64,000 nt of DNA from Eledone cirrhosa (Eukaryota). The stretch spans positions 375,720,001 through 375,784,000 of the forward strand of contig OZ024741.1 of assembly GCA_964016885.1 (NCBI GenBank), in the 5' to 3' direction. The translations under genes and the position numbers were made by a program. The notes below the pieces were generated by a model. The model saw nothing but the letters and a program-made list of their open reading frames with translations, searched no databases and was not told the DNA's origin. Positions 38,578 to 53,800 of the stretch are shown in pieces (position 1 is the stretch's first letter; each line of letters opens with the position of its first letter).

Positions 38578-41052
38578 CTATGGAAGCAGAACATAAAAAA
38601 AGATGCATAGGATCAGATAGAAGTCAGAGCACCAATAAAATATATTATTTCCAAAATCCCGCCGAGGTTAACTTTGCCTTTCATCCTTACGGGGTCGATA
38701 AAATAAAGTACCAGTAATGTACTGGGTAATTTCTGGCCTTATGCCAATAGTAGAAACAATTATTTCCAATCCTTGGAAGGCTCCATAGAAGTAGTTCATA
38801 GCTTTTGTTATCCAAGCGACTTTATCAGCTGAGGAGGTTGATGCTCTGAACATATGGTAGCTAGAATAAACCCAAAGTGGAGAAAGTTCAGGGAGCTATT
38901 ACATCTACTGGAAAGAAAAGGGTTCTTATGTATGAAATGTGATATTTGAGGGCAGTGAGACATGGGCATTGAAGGGAGAGAAAAGAAGTGAAGTGAGCAT
39001 ACTTTCTAGAATGTATAATGTTTGAGTGCATGAATGACGAAGCACAGATGATTTAAGAGAAAATCTAGGTATAAGTGGTATCAAATGTAGTGTTTAAGAG
39101 ATACAACTGGGCTAGTACAGGTATGTAATGCATATGGACTATGACAGTTGACATAGGTTTGGAGGGGATGGTTTAAGATGGTGTTTTACAGCCAGATGCC
39201 TTTCCTGATGCCAACTCTTCTATCTAAATGCAGGGATATGGTGTATCTATTCTGAAAACCAGGATACCCATGCCATATATATATATATATATTGTCATCG
39301 TCATTAGAATTTTATGTCAGCTTTCCATGCTAACATAGTTTGAATGGTCCATCATAGTTTCGGTCAGTTTTGATTCAAAGTTATTGAAGTCTAGGATTAG
39401 TCAGAGTACCACGCTGCACTCATATATTCCAAATCTTGGCATGGTTTCTACAGCTAGTTACCACTCATAACACCAACCACTTTACAGAGCATATTAGGTG
39501 AAGTTTTTCTAAACACCAGCACTTGAAAGGTTGTAAAGTGCTCAACAAAACTACATATTCTTATCTACACTATGTTCTATTTTCAAGCACTTTACCAATT
39601 GCATTGAGTGCATTATACTGTGACACCAGCCAGGACCAGATTTAGACCTTAGTGGGACACACAAACATACAGACACACATACATATATATATATATTTAT
39701 ATAAACAGGGAGAAAGAGAGAGAGAGAGAGAGAGAAGGGGCTATATTCAGAGAGAGGGTTAGGTTAGGGTTGCGTGGGCTCTGTTTGATGAGGCAAGAGC
39801 CTAGGGCATTTGCCCATACAGCCCCGCCAATAAATCTGGCCTTGATACCAGCACTAGAGAGGTTTTTGACAAGCATCTTTATTTTATGTTATCGCCATTC
39901 AATTCAAATGGTCAACCACTTTGCAGTACACTGAGTACACTGAGTGTATTTTATGATGCCACCATTGCTAGCGAGGTTGTTTTGTGCACTGCAAGTTTAA
40001 GGTGACCTCTCTACTACATGCAGTCTCCATTCTTCCAACACAAATGGGATTAAGAAAGTGATGGCCAAGAGTTGAAAGAGGAGAGAGTATGATTTGAGTG
40101 TACACACACAAGCACACACACACATGCACACACGCACACACACACACACACACACACATATATTCACACATATACAATGTATATTTACGTATTTACTTTA
40201 GAATAGGTACACAGCATCCCTGAATGTTGTAAAACAGGGGTTGGCAACCCCTGGCTCGCAGGCCACATCTGGCGCATGAAGGATTTTTGTCCCCAGCCCT
40301 CGAACAGGTTTCAATCTTAAGCTAAGTGATCCTTGAAAAAGTGCTCTGAATTATTTTGGATTAGAATACTGACAAGAGAACACGTCTAGCCATAAGACTC
40401 ACTTAGCTGGACGTAATTGTGTGTGTGACAGTGACAAACAATCAAACTCGGATATTTAGAATAGTCAGACATTGAGGTCAGGTGAACTGTGTGTGCATGC
40501 TTTCATGTATATGCGTGCAGTATATTTTGATATCATGGCTCACCGATGAGACACTGCAAAGCTATGTGGCCTGCCAGTGAGACACTTCAAAGCTATGTGG
40601 CCGCCGATGAGACACTGCATTACTGGTGCTTTATTTTATCGACCCCGTAAAGATGAAAGGCAAAGTTAACCTAGATAATGATATATGTATTATGTGTATA
40701 AGGCACACATCCATATTTCCGAAGTATGAAAATAGAAATGCATGCTATATATATTACTTGACAATATACATTTAAAGTAACTCCTCTAATTTAATAATTT
40801 GCAGCCAAAATAGTCATAATAGCTATACAACATACCATATTTATTCTCTGTGTGATGTAATGATTTACATTCCATATCCCAGTTATTTGGTAAACTGCCT
40901 CTTGTTAACTTTACAAATTCTTCATATGGACAATCGTTGGAACAACCTACAAATGAGAAGAAATGAGAATTTTAGAAATGCAGAGGTTTAGAGCATACAT
41001 ATATAACTTGACTTTTCAACAGTGTCAATACCCCTACATACACACACACACA

Positions 41053-41095
<43 letters not shown>

Positions 41096-41106
41096 GCATA
41101 TGAGTA

Positions 41107-41149
<43 letters not shown>

Positions 41150-43848
41150 ATACTTTGGGAGGGTCATGTTGCCAATAAGAAACACACGCACCAGTTGCTT
41201 TCACTTCATAGAACAAACAACCAACCAGTAACATGTAAATAAACAAATAAATAAATGAACATAAACACACACAGACACCCGGATGTGGCGCATGCGCAGA
41301 CTGAGCACACAACACACGCACAGAAACAAAATGGCGTAGGACAGAACAAAGGAGAGGCACAGAAACAAAGAAAGGAATCCCCAGTCACTGAAGAGGTCAC
41401 AGAGTGTGTGACGAAAGAACTATGACAATATATAAACAACTATCTGGTTGTGGAACCAACCAACCAACCAGAAATTTATAAATTTATAAATTTATTATAA
41501 ATTTATTATAATAATAAATTGAAGTGAAAGCAACTGGTGCGTGTGTTTCTTATTGGCAACATGACTCTCCCAAAGTATAACAATATCGGTTTCAACACAC
41601 GATTTCAGATAAAGAATCTTGCTAAACAAATTCAGAAACGAAATATATATATATATATATATATATACTCAATTCCTGCTGTGGAAACAGGGGACTGAGA
41701 GTGAACCTGGCAAAGACTAAAGTATTGATAAGTAGAAAAGAAGACAAGACTGATTCCATCAGGGAAATAGCCATGTTCAATATGAAGAAAAAGAGTTGGC
41801 ATAAACTCTATAGAATGTACACAATGCAGATCTTGGGTATACAAGAGGTGTAGTGGGATAGCAGGCAAACTAACAGGACAGGAAAACTTCATATGTAGTA
41901 GATGTTCAGGGAAAATTGATAGTAGAAGTGTCAGTGATAGGCACATTTTTCAAATGCTGGTAGGATCTATATAGAGGTGGCTGATAGCTTCTGATACCGA
42001 GGTGATCAGATTAGCAAGGGAGGAGGATGCTCCGAGGCAATAGTATCTAGAATAAGGACTGGATGGAAATAAGTTTAGGGAGCTGCTTCCTCTGTTGACA
42101 ATAAAGGGTTTCTCCTTGCGAATGAAAGGTCGGTTGTATGATGACTGTGTGAGATATGCAATGTTTCACGGTAGTGAGACATGAGCAGCAACTGCAGAGG
42201 ATATGTGAAGGCTGGAGAAAAATGAAGCAAGCATGCTCCAATGGATGTGCAATGTCAATGTGCATGAACGACCAATCATGGGTGAGTTGAGAGTGAAACT
42301 GTATAAGAAGAATAAACTGTAGCGTGCAAGAGAGAAGACTGCATTTGTATGGCCATGTGATCATCATCATCATCATCATCATTTAACGTCCATCTTCCTC
42401 ACAAACACGGGTTAGACAGATTTGTCCCATTTAGAGGCAAATTGTGTTGGGTGACTGTATCTCGCTCATATAGGACTGTTTCTGGCTGGATTTCTATGGC
42501 TGGATGCCTTTCCTAGCGCCAAATACATTTACAGTGTGTGCTGGGTGCTTTTTACCATGTCTTTTACATGACCACTTGGATAATGACCGCTGGGTGAAGA
42601 AGTGCCAAGAAATCCCAGTAGAAGGAAGACACAGTAGAGGAAGACCATGAAAAACACGAGTGGAGGTGGTGAGAGCTGACCTCAGATTTCTGAAGCTCAC
42701 AGAGGAGATAATGAAGGACTGTGACAAATGGAGAGATGCTGTGCTGAAAAGGACCCATCCCACCCTTGCAAGCAGGGAAAAGTGGATGTAAAATGATGAT
42801 GATGATGATGATATATATATGTGTGTTTTATATTATATATAGTAGTATTAGTGATGGTAATAGCAATGATTGTGATGATGATAATGAAGATACAATTACT
42901 GACCTGGAATGGTGAGCTGGTATGGAGGCTGCATGTAGTTTATTAGATCAACTGTGGTATTTTTATACCACACTTGGACATAGAATCCTTTATCTATTCC
43001 CTGGTGGAGTTCCACTATCACACTGGCTGCATATGGTGGACTTAAGTCATTGGAAACATTTAAGGTATTCAGTAAGGCTGACACAGTGGCATCATGCTAG
43101 AGAAAGACAAGAAAAAAAGAATAAAAAATAAAATAAAAATTGAATTACAGATTTAATTTAATAATTTCTTGCCCTATAGCAATGCAAAGTGTGTTATTTT
43201 GTGTCCTTTTCAGTGGGCAGGAATTTTTTCTGTTAAATAAGAGATGGAAGGGATATATTCATGACCTTTTTCAGAGCCTCCAAGACTGGTGTGAAAGGTA
43301 TTTTAAACCCTTTTGATACCAAACTGGCATTTTTAAAAGGTTCCTACTTAAATTTAAGTCTTCTACTATAGTTTGATATAAGAACCTTTTGTTAAGTTAT
43401 GTTACAAATACTATTTTAATAGTGAAATAATCCATATTTTTAGTAAATCCCTCTAATCTTTCCCTCTAATCTTTTACTTAATTCTAATACAATGTACATC
43501 ATTAGAAATACAGTAGTGGAATGGTTAAACTGAAGACCTGGTTTTTGCTTTAACCCAGAGTGGACTGTACTAAAGACAACCAAGGTCCTGGTAGTGGTGC
43601 TAAACTGGATGACAGATTAAATCTACCATCCAAATAGACCACATTTGCATAGTGAGATTTGAAATCAGGATGCAAAGAGCAAGAATAGATACTACATAAA
43701 ATATCTCATTTGATACTCTATCAATTCCCTGGTCTGGACTGGTGCTTTATTTTACTGATTCAGAAAGGAAGAAAGGTAAATTTGACTTTGGCTGGATTTG
43801 AACATGGAGTGCAGACAGCTAGGAGAAATACTACAAGACATGATGATG

Positions 43849-43882
<34 letters not shown>

Positions 43883-44789
43883 CGATGATGATGACGATGA
43901 TGATGATGATGATCGTCATGATGATGATGATATTGGTGATGATGATGATGATGATTGTGATGATGATGATGAAGATGATAATGGTGATGATGATAATGTT
44001 GATGGTGGATATAATAATTGACTGAGGGCTAAACAACAACCTTGACAACATTTACAACTCTACTATACATCAATGCTCTGCACAAGCATCCCCTACAACA
44101 AAACAAGAGGCTGATAGGATGGCCATGGTTGGAATGCTTCTATTCATATTCTATGGTTAACTTTGCGAATTCACTGTCATAAACCTGAATTTGTGACAAT
44201 ACATTGTGAAAACAAACAAAGGAATCAATCGACAAAATCTCAAACCTCATTTGCTTACAGAGTTGGGTGGATCTTCATCAAATCAGACCCAGGAAACTAT
44301 GTTTCTATTGGCCTTTCCATTGCTGATACTATCTACTGGTCACAACTCTTGGCAGAAAGAGTAATGTGAAATATAATGTCTTGCTCAACGAGATACATAA
44401 CACTTAGCCTAGTCTAGGAAATGAACTCACAACTTCATGATTGTGAATCCATGCTGTTACAATCTCTATATACTACTAAAACTCTGATTTCTTGCTTGCT
44501 TGTCTGTAATGTAATATAGCCAAAAGGGTGCATAATGGGTAATACAGCCAAAAGGGTGCATAATGGGTAAATACTTTGAATGGAAGTTGACCCTGAAACG
44601 GGGATACAAATGGAATAAAACAAGTTTTGCGTAAAATGGAGCACGGGTTCCCGAGATATGGGGTTTTTCCGGGTACCTTCATAAACAGAGAGAGAGAGAG
44701 AGAGAAAGATAGAAAGAGATAGTGGTTGTGAGGGAGTAGATTGAAAGAGAGACATAGAGAGAGAGAGAGGAGACAGAGATGGAGATGGA

Positions 44790-44868
<79 letters not shown>

Positions 44869-47800
44869 GGTGTGGTTGTTGTGTATATATATATGTGAAT
44901 GTGTGTGTATATATATGTGTGTGTGTGTCTATGACCAGTGTATATTGATCACAAATACCCACATATATATATATACACACACATACACACATATAATTTT
45001 ATCATTTATATGTATATATATATGTATACAAACACACATTTATATATATATACATACACACACGTATATATATGGGCCTTCCAGTTTCATTTCACATTAT
45101 ATACATGTCTGTGTATAGTTTAATTATCTAAAAATTATTTTTAAGTGAACATGATTTAAAAAAAAATATCTAGTATATTCTAAAACTGTCATAATCCATG
45201 ATGTATCTAATATAAATTGTTGTACACATTGGACAATGAAGCAGCTTATATAGAAAAAGAAAAAAATGATCATGTTTGGAACATCTTCCCTTTTAGGTTT
45301 AGTTTATCATGTTTGGCCAGGGGTTAAACAACAACAACAACAAAATGATGATGATGACGACAACAACAAGAACAACAACAACAAGAACAACAACAACAAT
45401 AGCAAGATAGGACATATTGGAAATGCAATGCACCTAAACTCCCACATTTCACCTTGCACAATAACCCTTTAATGTTCAAACTGGCCAAAACCGGCCAGAA
45501 TTCTCTACCGTTTTCTGTTGAAACTGGCTGTAATTGGTCACTCAAACTGATGTTAAGGTATTGTTCTCAAAATAAATACTTTCAAAATCTCATAGATTCG
45601 ATATTATGTGAGATAATTATGTGAGATAAAACATTTACCATGAAAATATAATAGTAAATATAGAGTAATGTGAATGCTAAAGGGATAAACCACTTCATAT
45701 CAAAATGTGCAGTCTGATTCTCAATTTGACAGAGACATGTAATGTCTGGTGTTCTAAATTAATGGGGCCAGGCCCCTATATGTTATAAGGTTGCTTAAGT
45801 AGGGTTGACTAGAAGTATGGATTTATATAACAATGCCACCACCACCACCATCACTACCAACAACAACAACAAAAACAATATCAATAATCATGATTTCTAA
45901 TTTAGGTAGAAGGCCAGCAATTTTCAGTGAAGAGGGAAGTTGATTATATTGACCCCAATACTTGACTGGTACTTATTTTATCAACTCCAGAAGGATGAAA
46001 GGCAAAGTTGATCAGAGTTGGGTTTGAACACAAAACATAAAGAGCCAAAACTACTGAAAAGCCTTTTATCCAATGTGTAAATGATTCTGCCAATCCATCA
46101 TATAATGATTTCTTATATAGGAACAAGGCCATCAATTTTGGGGGAGAGGAAAGTCGATTAAATTGACCCAGTGCGTGTCTGGTACTTTATTTTATCGACC
46201 CCGTAAGTCATCATCATCATCATCGTTTAATGTCCATCTTCCACGCTTGAATGGGTTTGGACGGGAATTTTCCCACTTGAGGCAAGATTGGTTGACTTGC
46301 TCGTTAAGGACTGTCTGGCGGATTTTCTACGGCTGGATGCCCTTCCTAACACCAACCACGTTTACAGTGTGGACTGGGAGGTTTTTACCATGTTACCTAC
46401 ATGGCCACATTACAGCGTGGGCTGTGTGTTTTTTTTGTCGTGACACCTACATGACCTCATTTATTTTGGACTGGATGTTGTGGTACCAACATAACTTTAC
46501 ATCGAAAGGGGTGGTGTGGATGGGGTGGTGTGGATGGGGTGGGGGTGGTGGGATGGGGTGTATTTTTGTTAGAGGTGCCTACTGACTGTAGGTTTCGCTT
46601 TGTACTTAGGTAAGGCGGACCTTCTGTATTACTGTGTAGCGCCAAAGATCTTGGTCCAGTGACATTGTCTTGGAGAGGTGTAAGTGTGTGAGGTCGGAAT
46701 TTATCAAGTCGTCCCATGTTTTTCTGGGTCTGCCTACTCCGTGGCTACCATCTATTTTTATCGCCCTGCACTTTTTTATACAGTTGTCGTCTTTCATGCG
46801 CATCACATGACCATACCAACGTAGTCTTCTCTCGAGTAAACAACATCTGATTCCTCTTATTCCTAATTTCTCCCTTAGTTCATTTATGCTTTGCCGTTCA
46901 CGTATATTACTATTACATATGCAACGGAGCATGCAGGCTTCATTCCTCTCCAGTCTGCGTATATCCTCTGCACACAATGCCCAAGTATGAAAGGCAAAGC
47001 TAACCTTGGTGGGATCTGAACTCAGAATATAAAGAGACATAATTTTATGCTGCAAAGCGTGTTGTTTGTCGCTCTACCAATTCTTCAAATCCATATATGA
47101 TGGTTTCTGATTTAGGCACAAGACCAACAACTTTTGGGGATGGGAAAGTCAATTATATTGCCTCCAATGCATTACTGGTATTTTATTTTATCAACCCTGT
47201 AAGGATGAAAAGCAAAACTAACCTTGGTGAGATTTGAACTCAGAATGTAAAGGCACATAACTATATGCTGCAAAGCATGTTGCCTTGCTCTACTAGTTAC
47301 TGCCAATCCCCCACCCTCTTGGAATAAAAAATAATAACGATAAAAACTTACCCCTGAGTAGAAATAAAGCTTGGTTTCGGGTTTCTGATGGCCAGTCACA
47401 ATGTTATCCATGTTGGTAATGATCTGCTTCAGCAATGGTCCTACAGTAAAATAGGGGTAACATTCCATTGATAAACTGAACCTTTTTTCTTTATAGAATA
47501 TAACTTTTTCTGTTGTCCCTAGACAATAACTGTCATTTTTTGTGGGAAGAAAAATATATGATTACATGATTACTTTTATGTGTGACCACTGTCATATCTG
47601 GTTATTGTCACGTGTGGTTATTGCCCAGGTATGGTTATTGTCAGGTATGATTACTGTCAGGTGTGTGAACTGTCTGCCGTGGTTTCCTCTCATTTGTGAG
47701 TTACCTACCTCCTTTAAGTTTTGCCATTAATGGAGACCCGAACATCAAGTCAAATTTGTTGTCATGTAGCTCCTGAAGTTTTCGTAGAACACTCTCATTC

Positions 47801-50800
47801 ACCCATGCTGGTAATGATAGGTTGTGGGCTTTCTGAAATATGATTGGATAAGAAAAAGTGTCAATATCATCACCACCATCACTACCACCACTGCCGCCAC
47901 CACCACCACCACCACGCTTACCCCTGTTGCTGCCATTGCATACTCTGCCACCACCAACTCCACCACCACCATCACTGCTTGTCCAACTCATGCCAGCTTT
48001 TCATACAGGCATGAGTTGATGATATATATGATGATGATAATGATGATGATGATGATGAGGTTGAGTATGTATATGATGTTGACGATGATGATGATGATGA
48101 CAGAATGCTTCTATTCATATGGGCGCTACATCAGGGCTGACTTGGAAGCTAAGTAGTAGCAGCAGCAGCAGCAGCAGCAGTAACAACAATATATAGTCCA
48201 TCGCCACCACCACAATCATCTTTATCAAGATACACCACCATCGTCGCAAGCACAGCAGTACAGCACCACCATCACTTCAACCACAGTACAGCACCAACAT
48301 TACCTCTACCATGTTACACCACCAGACAAGCACAGCAGTACAGCAGCACCATCACTTCAACCACAGTACACCACCATTACCTCTACCATGTTACACCACC
48401 AGACAAGCACAGCAGTACAGCACCACCATCACTTCAACCACAGTACAGCACCAACATTACCTCTACCATGTTACACCACCAGACAAGCACAGCAGTACAG
48501 CACCACCATCACTTCAACCACAGTACACCACCAACATTACCTCTACCATGTTACACCACCAGACAAGCACAGCAGTACAGCAGCACCATCACTTCAACCA
48601 CAGTACACCACCATTACCTCTACCATGTTACACCACCAGACAAGCACAGCAGTACAGCACCACCATCACTTCAACCACAGTACAGCACCAACATTACCTC
48701 TACCATGTTACACCACCAGACAAGCACAGCAGTACAGCACCACCATCACTTCAACCACAGTACACCACGAACATTACCTCTACCATGTTACACCACCAGA
48801 CAAGCACAGCAGTACAGCACCACCATCACTTCAACCACAGTACACCACCATTACCTCTAACATGTTACACCACCAGACAAGCACAGCAGTACAGCACCAC
48901 CATCACTTCAACCACAGTACACCAACATTACCTCTACCATGTTACACCACCAGACAAGCACAGCAGTACAGCACCACCATCACTTCAACCACAGTACACC
49001 ACCAACATTACCTCTAACATGTTACACCACCAGACAAGCACAGCAGTACACCACCACCATCACTTCAACCACAGTACACCACCATTACCTCTACCATGTT
49101 ACACCACCAGACAAGCACAGCAGTACACCACCACCATCCCTTCAACCACAGTACACCACCAACAATACCTCTACCATGTTACACCACCAAACAAGCACAG
49201 CAGTACACCACCACCATCCCTTCAACCACAGTACACCACCAACATTACCTCTACCATGTTACACCACCAGACAAGCACAGCAGTACACCACCACCATCAC
49301 CTCAACCACAGTACATCACCATTACCTCTACCATGTTACACCACCAGACAAGCACAGCAGTACACCACCACCACCATCACTTCAACCACAGTACACCACC
49401 AACATTACCTCTACCATGTTACACCACCAGACAAGCACAGCAGTTCACCACCACCACTTCAACCACAGTACACCACCAACAATACCTCTACCATGTTACA
49501 CCACCAGACAAGCACAGCAGTACAGCACCACCATCACTTCAACCACAGTACACCACCATTACCTCTACCATGTTACACCACCAGACAAGCACAGCAGTAC
49601 AGCACCACCATCACTTCAACCACAGTACACCACCAACAATACCTCTACCATGTTACACCACCAGACAAGCACAGCAGTACACCACCACCATCCCTTCAAC
49701 CACAGTACACCACCAACAATACCTCTACCATGTTACACCACCAGACAAGCACAGCAGTACAGCACCACCATCACTTCAACCACAGTACACCACTATTACC
49801 TCTACCATGTTACACCACCAGACAAGCACAGCAGTACACCATCACCATCCCTTCAACCACAGTACATCACCAACATTACCTCTACCATGTTACACCACCA
49901 GACAAGCACAGCAGTACAGCACCACCATCACTTCAACCACAGTACACCACCAACAATACCTCTACCATGTTACACCACCAGACAAGCACAGCAGTACAGC
50001 AGCACCATCACTTCAACCACAGTACACCACCAACATTACCTCTACCATGTTACACCACCAGACAAGCACAGCAGTACAGCACCACCATCCCTTCAACCAC
50101 AGTACACCACCAACAATACCTCTACCATGTTACACCACCAAACAAGCACAGCAGTACACCACCACCATCCCTTCAACCACAGTACACCACCAACATTACC
50201 TCTAACATGTTACACCACCAGACAAGCACAGCAGTACAGCACCACCATCACTTCAACCACAGTACACCACGAACATTACCTCTACCATGTTACACCACCA
50301 GACAAGCACAGCAGTACACCACCACCATCCCTTCAACCACAGTACACCACCAACATTACCTCTAACATGTTACACCACCAGACAAGCACAGCAGTACAGC
50401 ACCACCATCACTTCAACCACAGTACACCACGAACATTACCTCTACCATGTTACACCACCAGACAAGCACAGCAGTACAGCACCACCATCACTTCAACCAC
50501 AGTACACCACCATTACCTCTACCATGTTACACCACCAGACAAGCACAGCAGTACAGCACCACCATCACTTCAACCACAGTACACCACGAACATTACCTCT
50601 ACCATGTTACACCACCAGACAAGCACAGCAGTACACCACCACCATCCCTTCAACCACAGTACACCACCAACATTACCTCTAACATGTTACACCACCAGAC
50701 AAGCACAGCAGTACAGCACCACCATCACTTCAACCACAGTACACCACGAACATTACCTCTACCATGTTACACCACCAGACAAGCACAGCAGTACACCACC

Positions 50801-53800
50801 ACCATCCCTTCAACCACAGTACACCACCAACATTACCTCTACCATGTTACACCACCAGACAAGCACAGCAGTACACCACCACCATCCCTTCAACCACAGT
50901 ACACCACCATTACCTCTACCATGTTACACCACCAGACAAGCACAGCAGTACAGCACCACCATCACTTCAACCACAGTACACCACCAACAATACCTCTACC
51001 ATGTTACACCACCAGACAAGCACAGCAGTACAGCACCACCATCATTTCAACCACAGTACATCACCAACATTACCTCTACCATGTTACACCACCAGACAAG
51101 CACAGCAGTACACCACCACCATCACTTCAACCAAGTTACACCACCATTACCTCTACCATGTTACACCACCAGACAAGCACAGCAGTACACCACAACCACC
51201 ATCACTTCAACCACAGTACACCACCAACATTACCTCTACCATGTTACACCACCAGATATGCACAGCAGTACACCACCGCCACTTCAACCACAGTACACCA
51301 CCAACAATACCTCTACCATGTTACACCACCAGACAAGCACAGCAGTACAGCACCACCATCACTTCAACCACAGTACACCACCATTACCTCTACCATGTTA
51401 CACCACCAGACAAGCACAGCAGTACAGCACCACCATCACTTCAACCACAGTACACCAACATTACCTCTACCATGTTACACCACCAGACAAGCACAGCAGT
51501 ACAGCACCACCATCACTTCAACCACAGTACACCATCATTACCTCTACCATGTTACACCACCAGACAAGCACAGCAGTACAGCACCACCATCACTTCAACC
51601 ACAGTACACCACCATTACCTCTACCATGTTACACCACCAGACAAGCACAGCAGTACAGCACCACCATCACTTCAACCACAGTACACCACCAACAATACCT
51701 CTACCATGTTACACCACCAGACAAGCACAGCAGTACAGCACCACCATCACTTCAACCACAGTACACCATCATTACCTCTACCATGTTACACCACCAGACA
51801 AGCACAGCAGTACAGCACCACCATCACTTCAACCACAGTACACCACCAACAATACCTCTACCATGTTACACCACCAGACAAGCACAGCAGTACAGCACCA
51901 CCATCACTTCAACCACAGTACACCAACATTACCTCTACCATGTTACACCACCAGACAAGCACAGCAGTACAGCACCACCATCACTTCAACCACAGTACAC
52001 CATCATTACCTCTACCATGTTACACCACCAGACAAGCACAGCAGTACAGCACCACCATCACTTCAACCACAGTACACCACCAACAATACCTCTACCATGT
52101 TACACCACCAGACAAGCACAGCAGTACAGCACCACCATCACTTCAACCACAGTACACCACCAACAATACCTCTACCATGTTACACCACCAGACAAGCACA
52201 GCAGTACAGCACCACCATCACTTCAACCACAGTACACCAACATTACCTCTACCATGTTACACCACCAGACAAGCACAGCAGTACAGCACCACCATCACTT
52301 CAACCACAGTACACCAACATTACCTCTACCATGTTACACCACCAGACAAGCACAGCAGTACAGCACCACCATCACTTCAACCACAGTACACCATCATTAC
52401 CTCTACCATGTTACACCACCAGACAAGTACAGCAGTACAGCACCACCATCACTTCAACCACAGTACACCACCATTACCTCTACCATGTTACACCCACCAG
52501 ACAAGCACAGCAGTACAGCACCACCATCACTTCAACCACAGTACACCACCATTACCTCTACCATGTTACACCACCAGACAAGCACAGCAGTACAGCACCA
52601 CCATCACTTCAACCACAGTACACCACCAACAATACCTCTACCATGTTACACCACCAGACAAGCACAGCAGTACAGCACCACCATCACTTCAACCACAGTA
52701 CACCAACATTACCTCTACCATGTTACACCACCAGACAAGCACAGCAGTACACCACCACCATCCCTTCAACCACAGTACACCACCAACAATACCTCTACCA
52801 TGTTACACCACCAGACAAGCACAGCAGTACAGCACCACCATCACTTCAACCACAGTACACCACCAACAATACCTCTACCATGTTACACCACCAGACAAGC
52901 ACAGCAGTACAGCACCACCATCACTTCAACCACAGTACACCACCAACAATACCTCTACCATGTTACACCACCAGACAAGCACAGCAGTACAGCACCACCA
53001 TCACTTCAACCACAGTACACCACCATTACCTCTACCATGTTACACCACCAGACAAGCACAGCAGTACAGCACCACCATCACTTCAACCACAGTACACCAC
53101 CACCATTACCTCTACCATGTTACACCACCAGACAAGCACAGCAGTACACCACCACCATCACTTCAACCACAGTACACCACCATTACCTCTACCATGTTAC
53201 ACCACCAGACAAGCACAGCAGTGCACCACCACCATCACTTCAACCACAGTACACCACCATTACCTCTACCATGTTACACCACCAGACAAGCACAGCAGTA
53301 CAGCACCACCATCACTTCAACCACAGTACACCACCAACATTACCTCTACCATGTTACACCACCAGACGAGCACAGCAGTACACCACCACCATCACTTCAA
53401 CCACAGTACACCACCATTACCTCTAACATGTTACACCACCAGACAAGCACAGCAGTACAGCACCACCATCCCTTCAACCACAGTACACCACCAACATTAC
53501 CTCTACCATGTTACACCACCAGACGAGCACAGCAGTACACCACCACCATCACTTCAACCACAGTACACCACCAACAATACCTCTACCATGTTACACCACC
53601 AGACAAGCACAGCAGTACAGCACCACCATCACTTCAACCACAGTACAGCACCAACATTACCTCTACCATGTTACACCACCAGACAAGCACAGCAGTACAG
53701 CACCACCATCACTTCAACCACAGTACACCACCAACATTACCTCTACCATGTTACACCACCAGACAAGCACAGCAGTACAGCACCACCATCACTTCAACCA

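Noticed and set aside
39755-39771. Telomere-like agggttaggttagggtt
   Set aside because: Only 2-3 imperfect units are present, inside a hAT element.
43710-44051. Poly-Asp, poly-Met and poly-Ile ORFs
   Set aside because: They are a (GAT)n microsatellite joined to a SINE.
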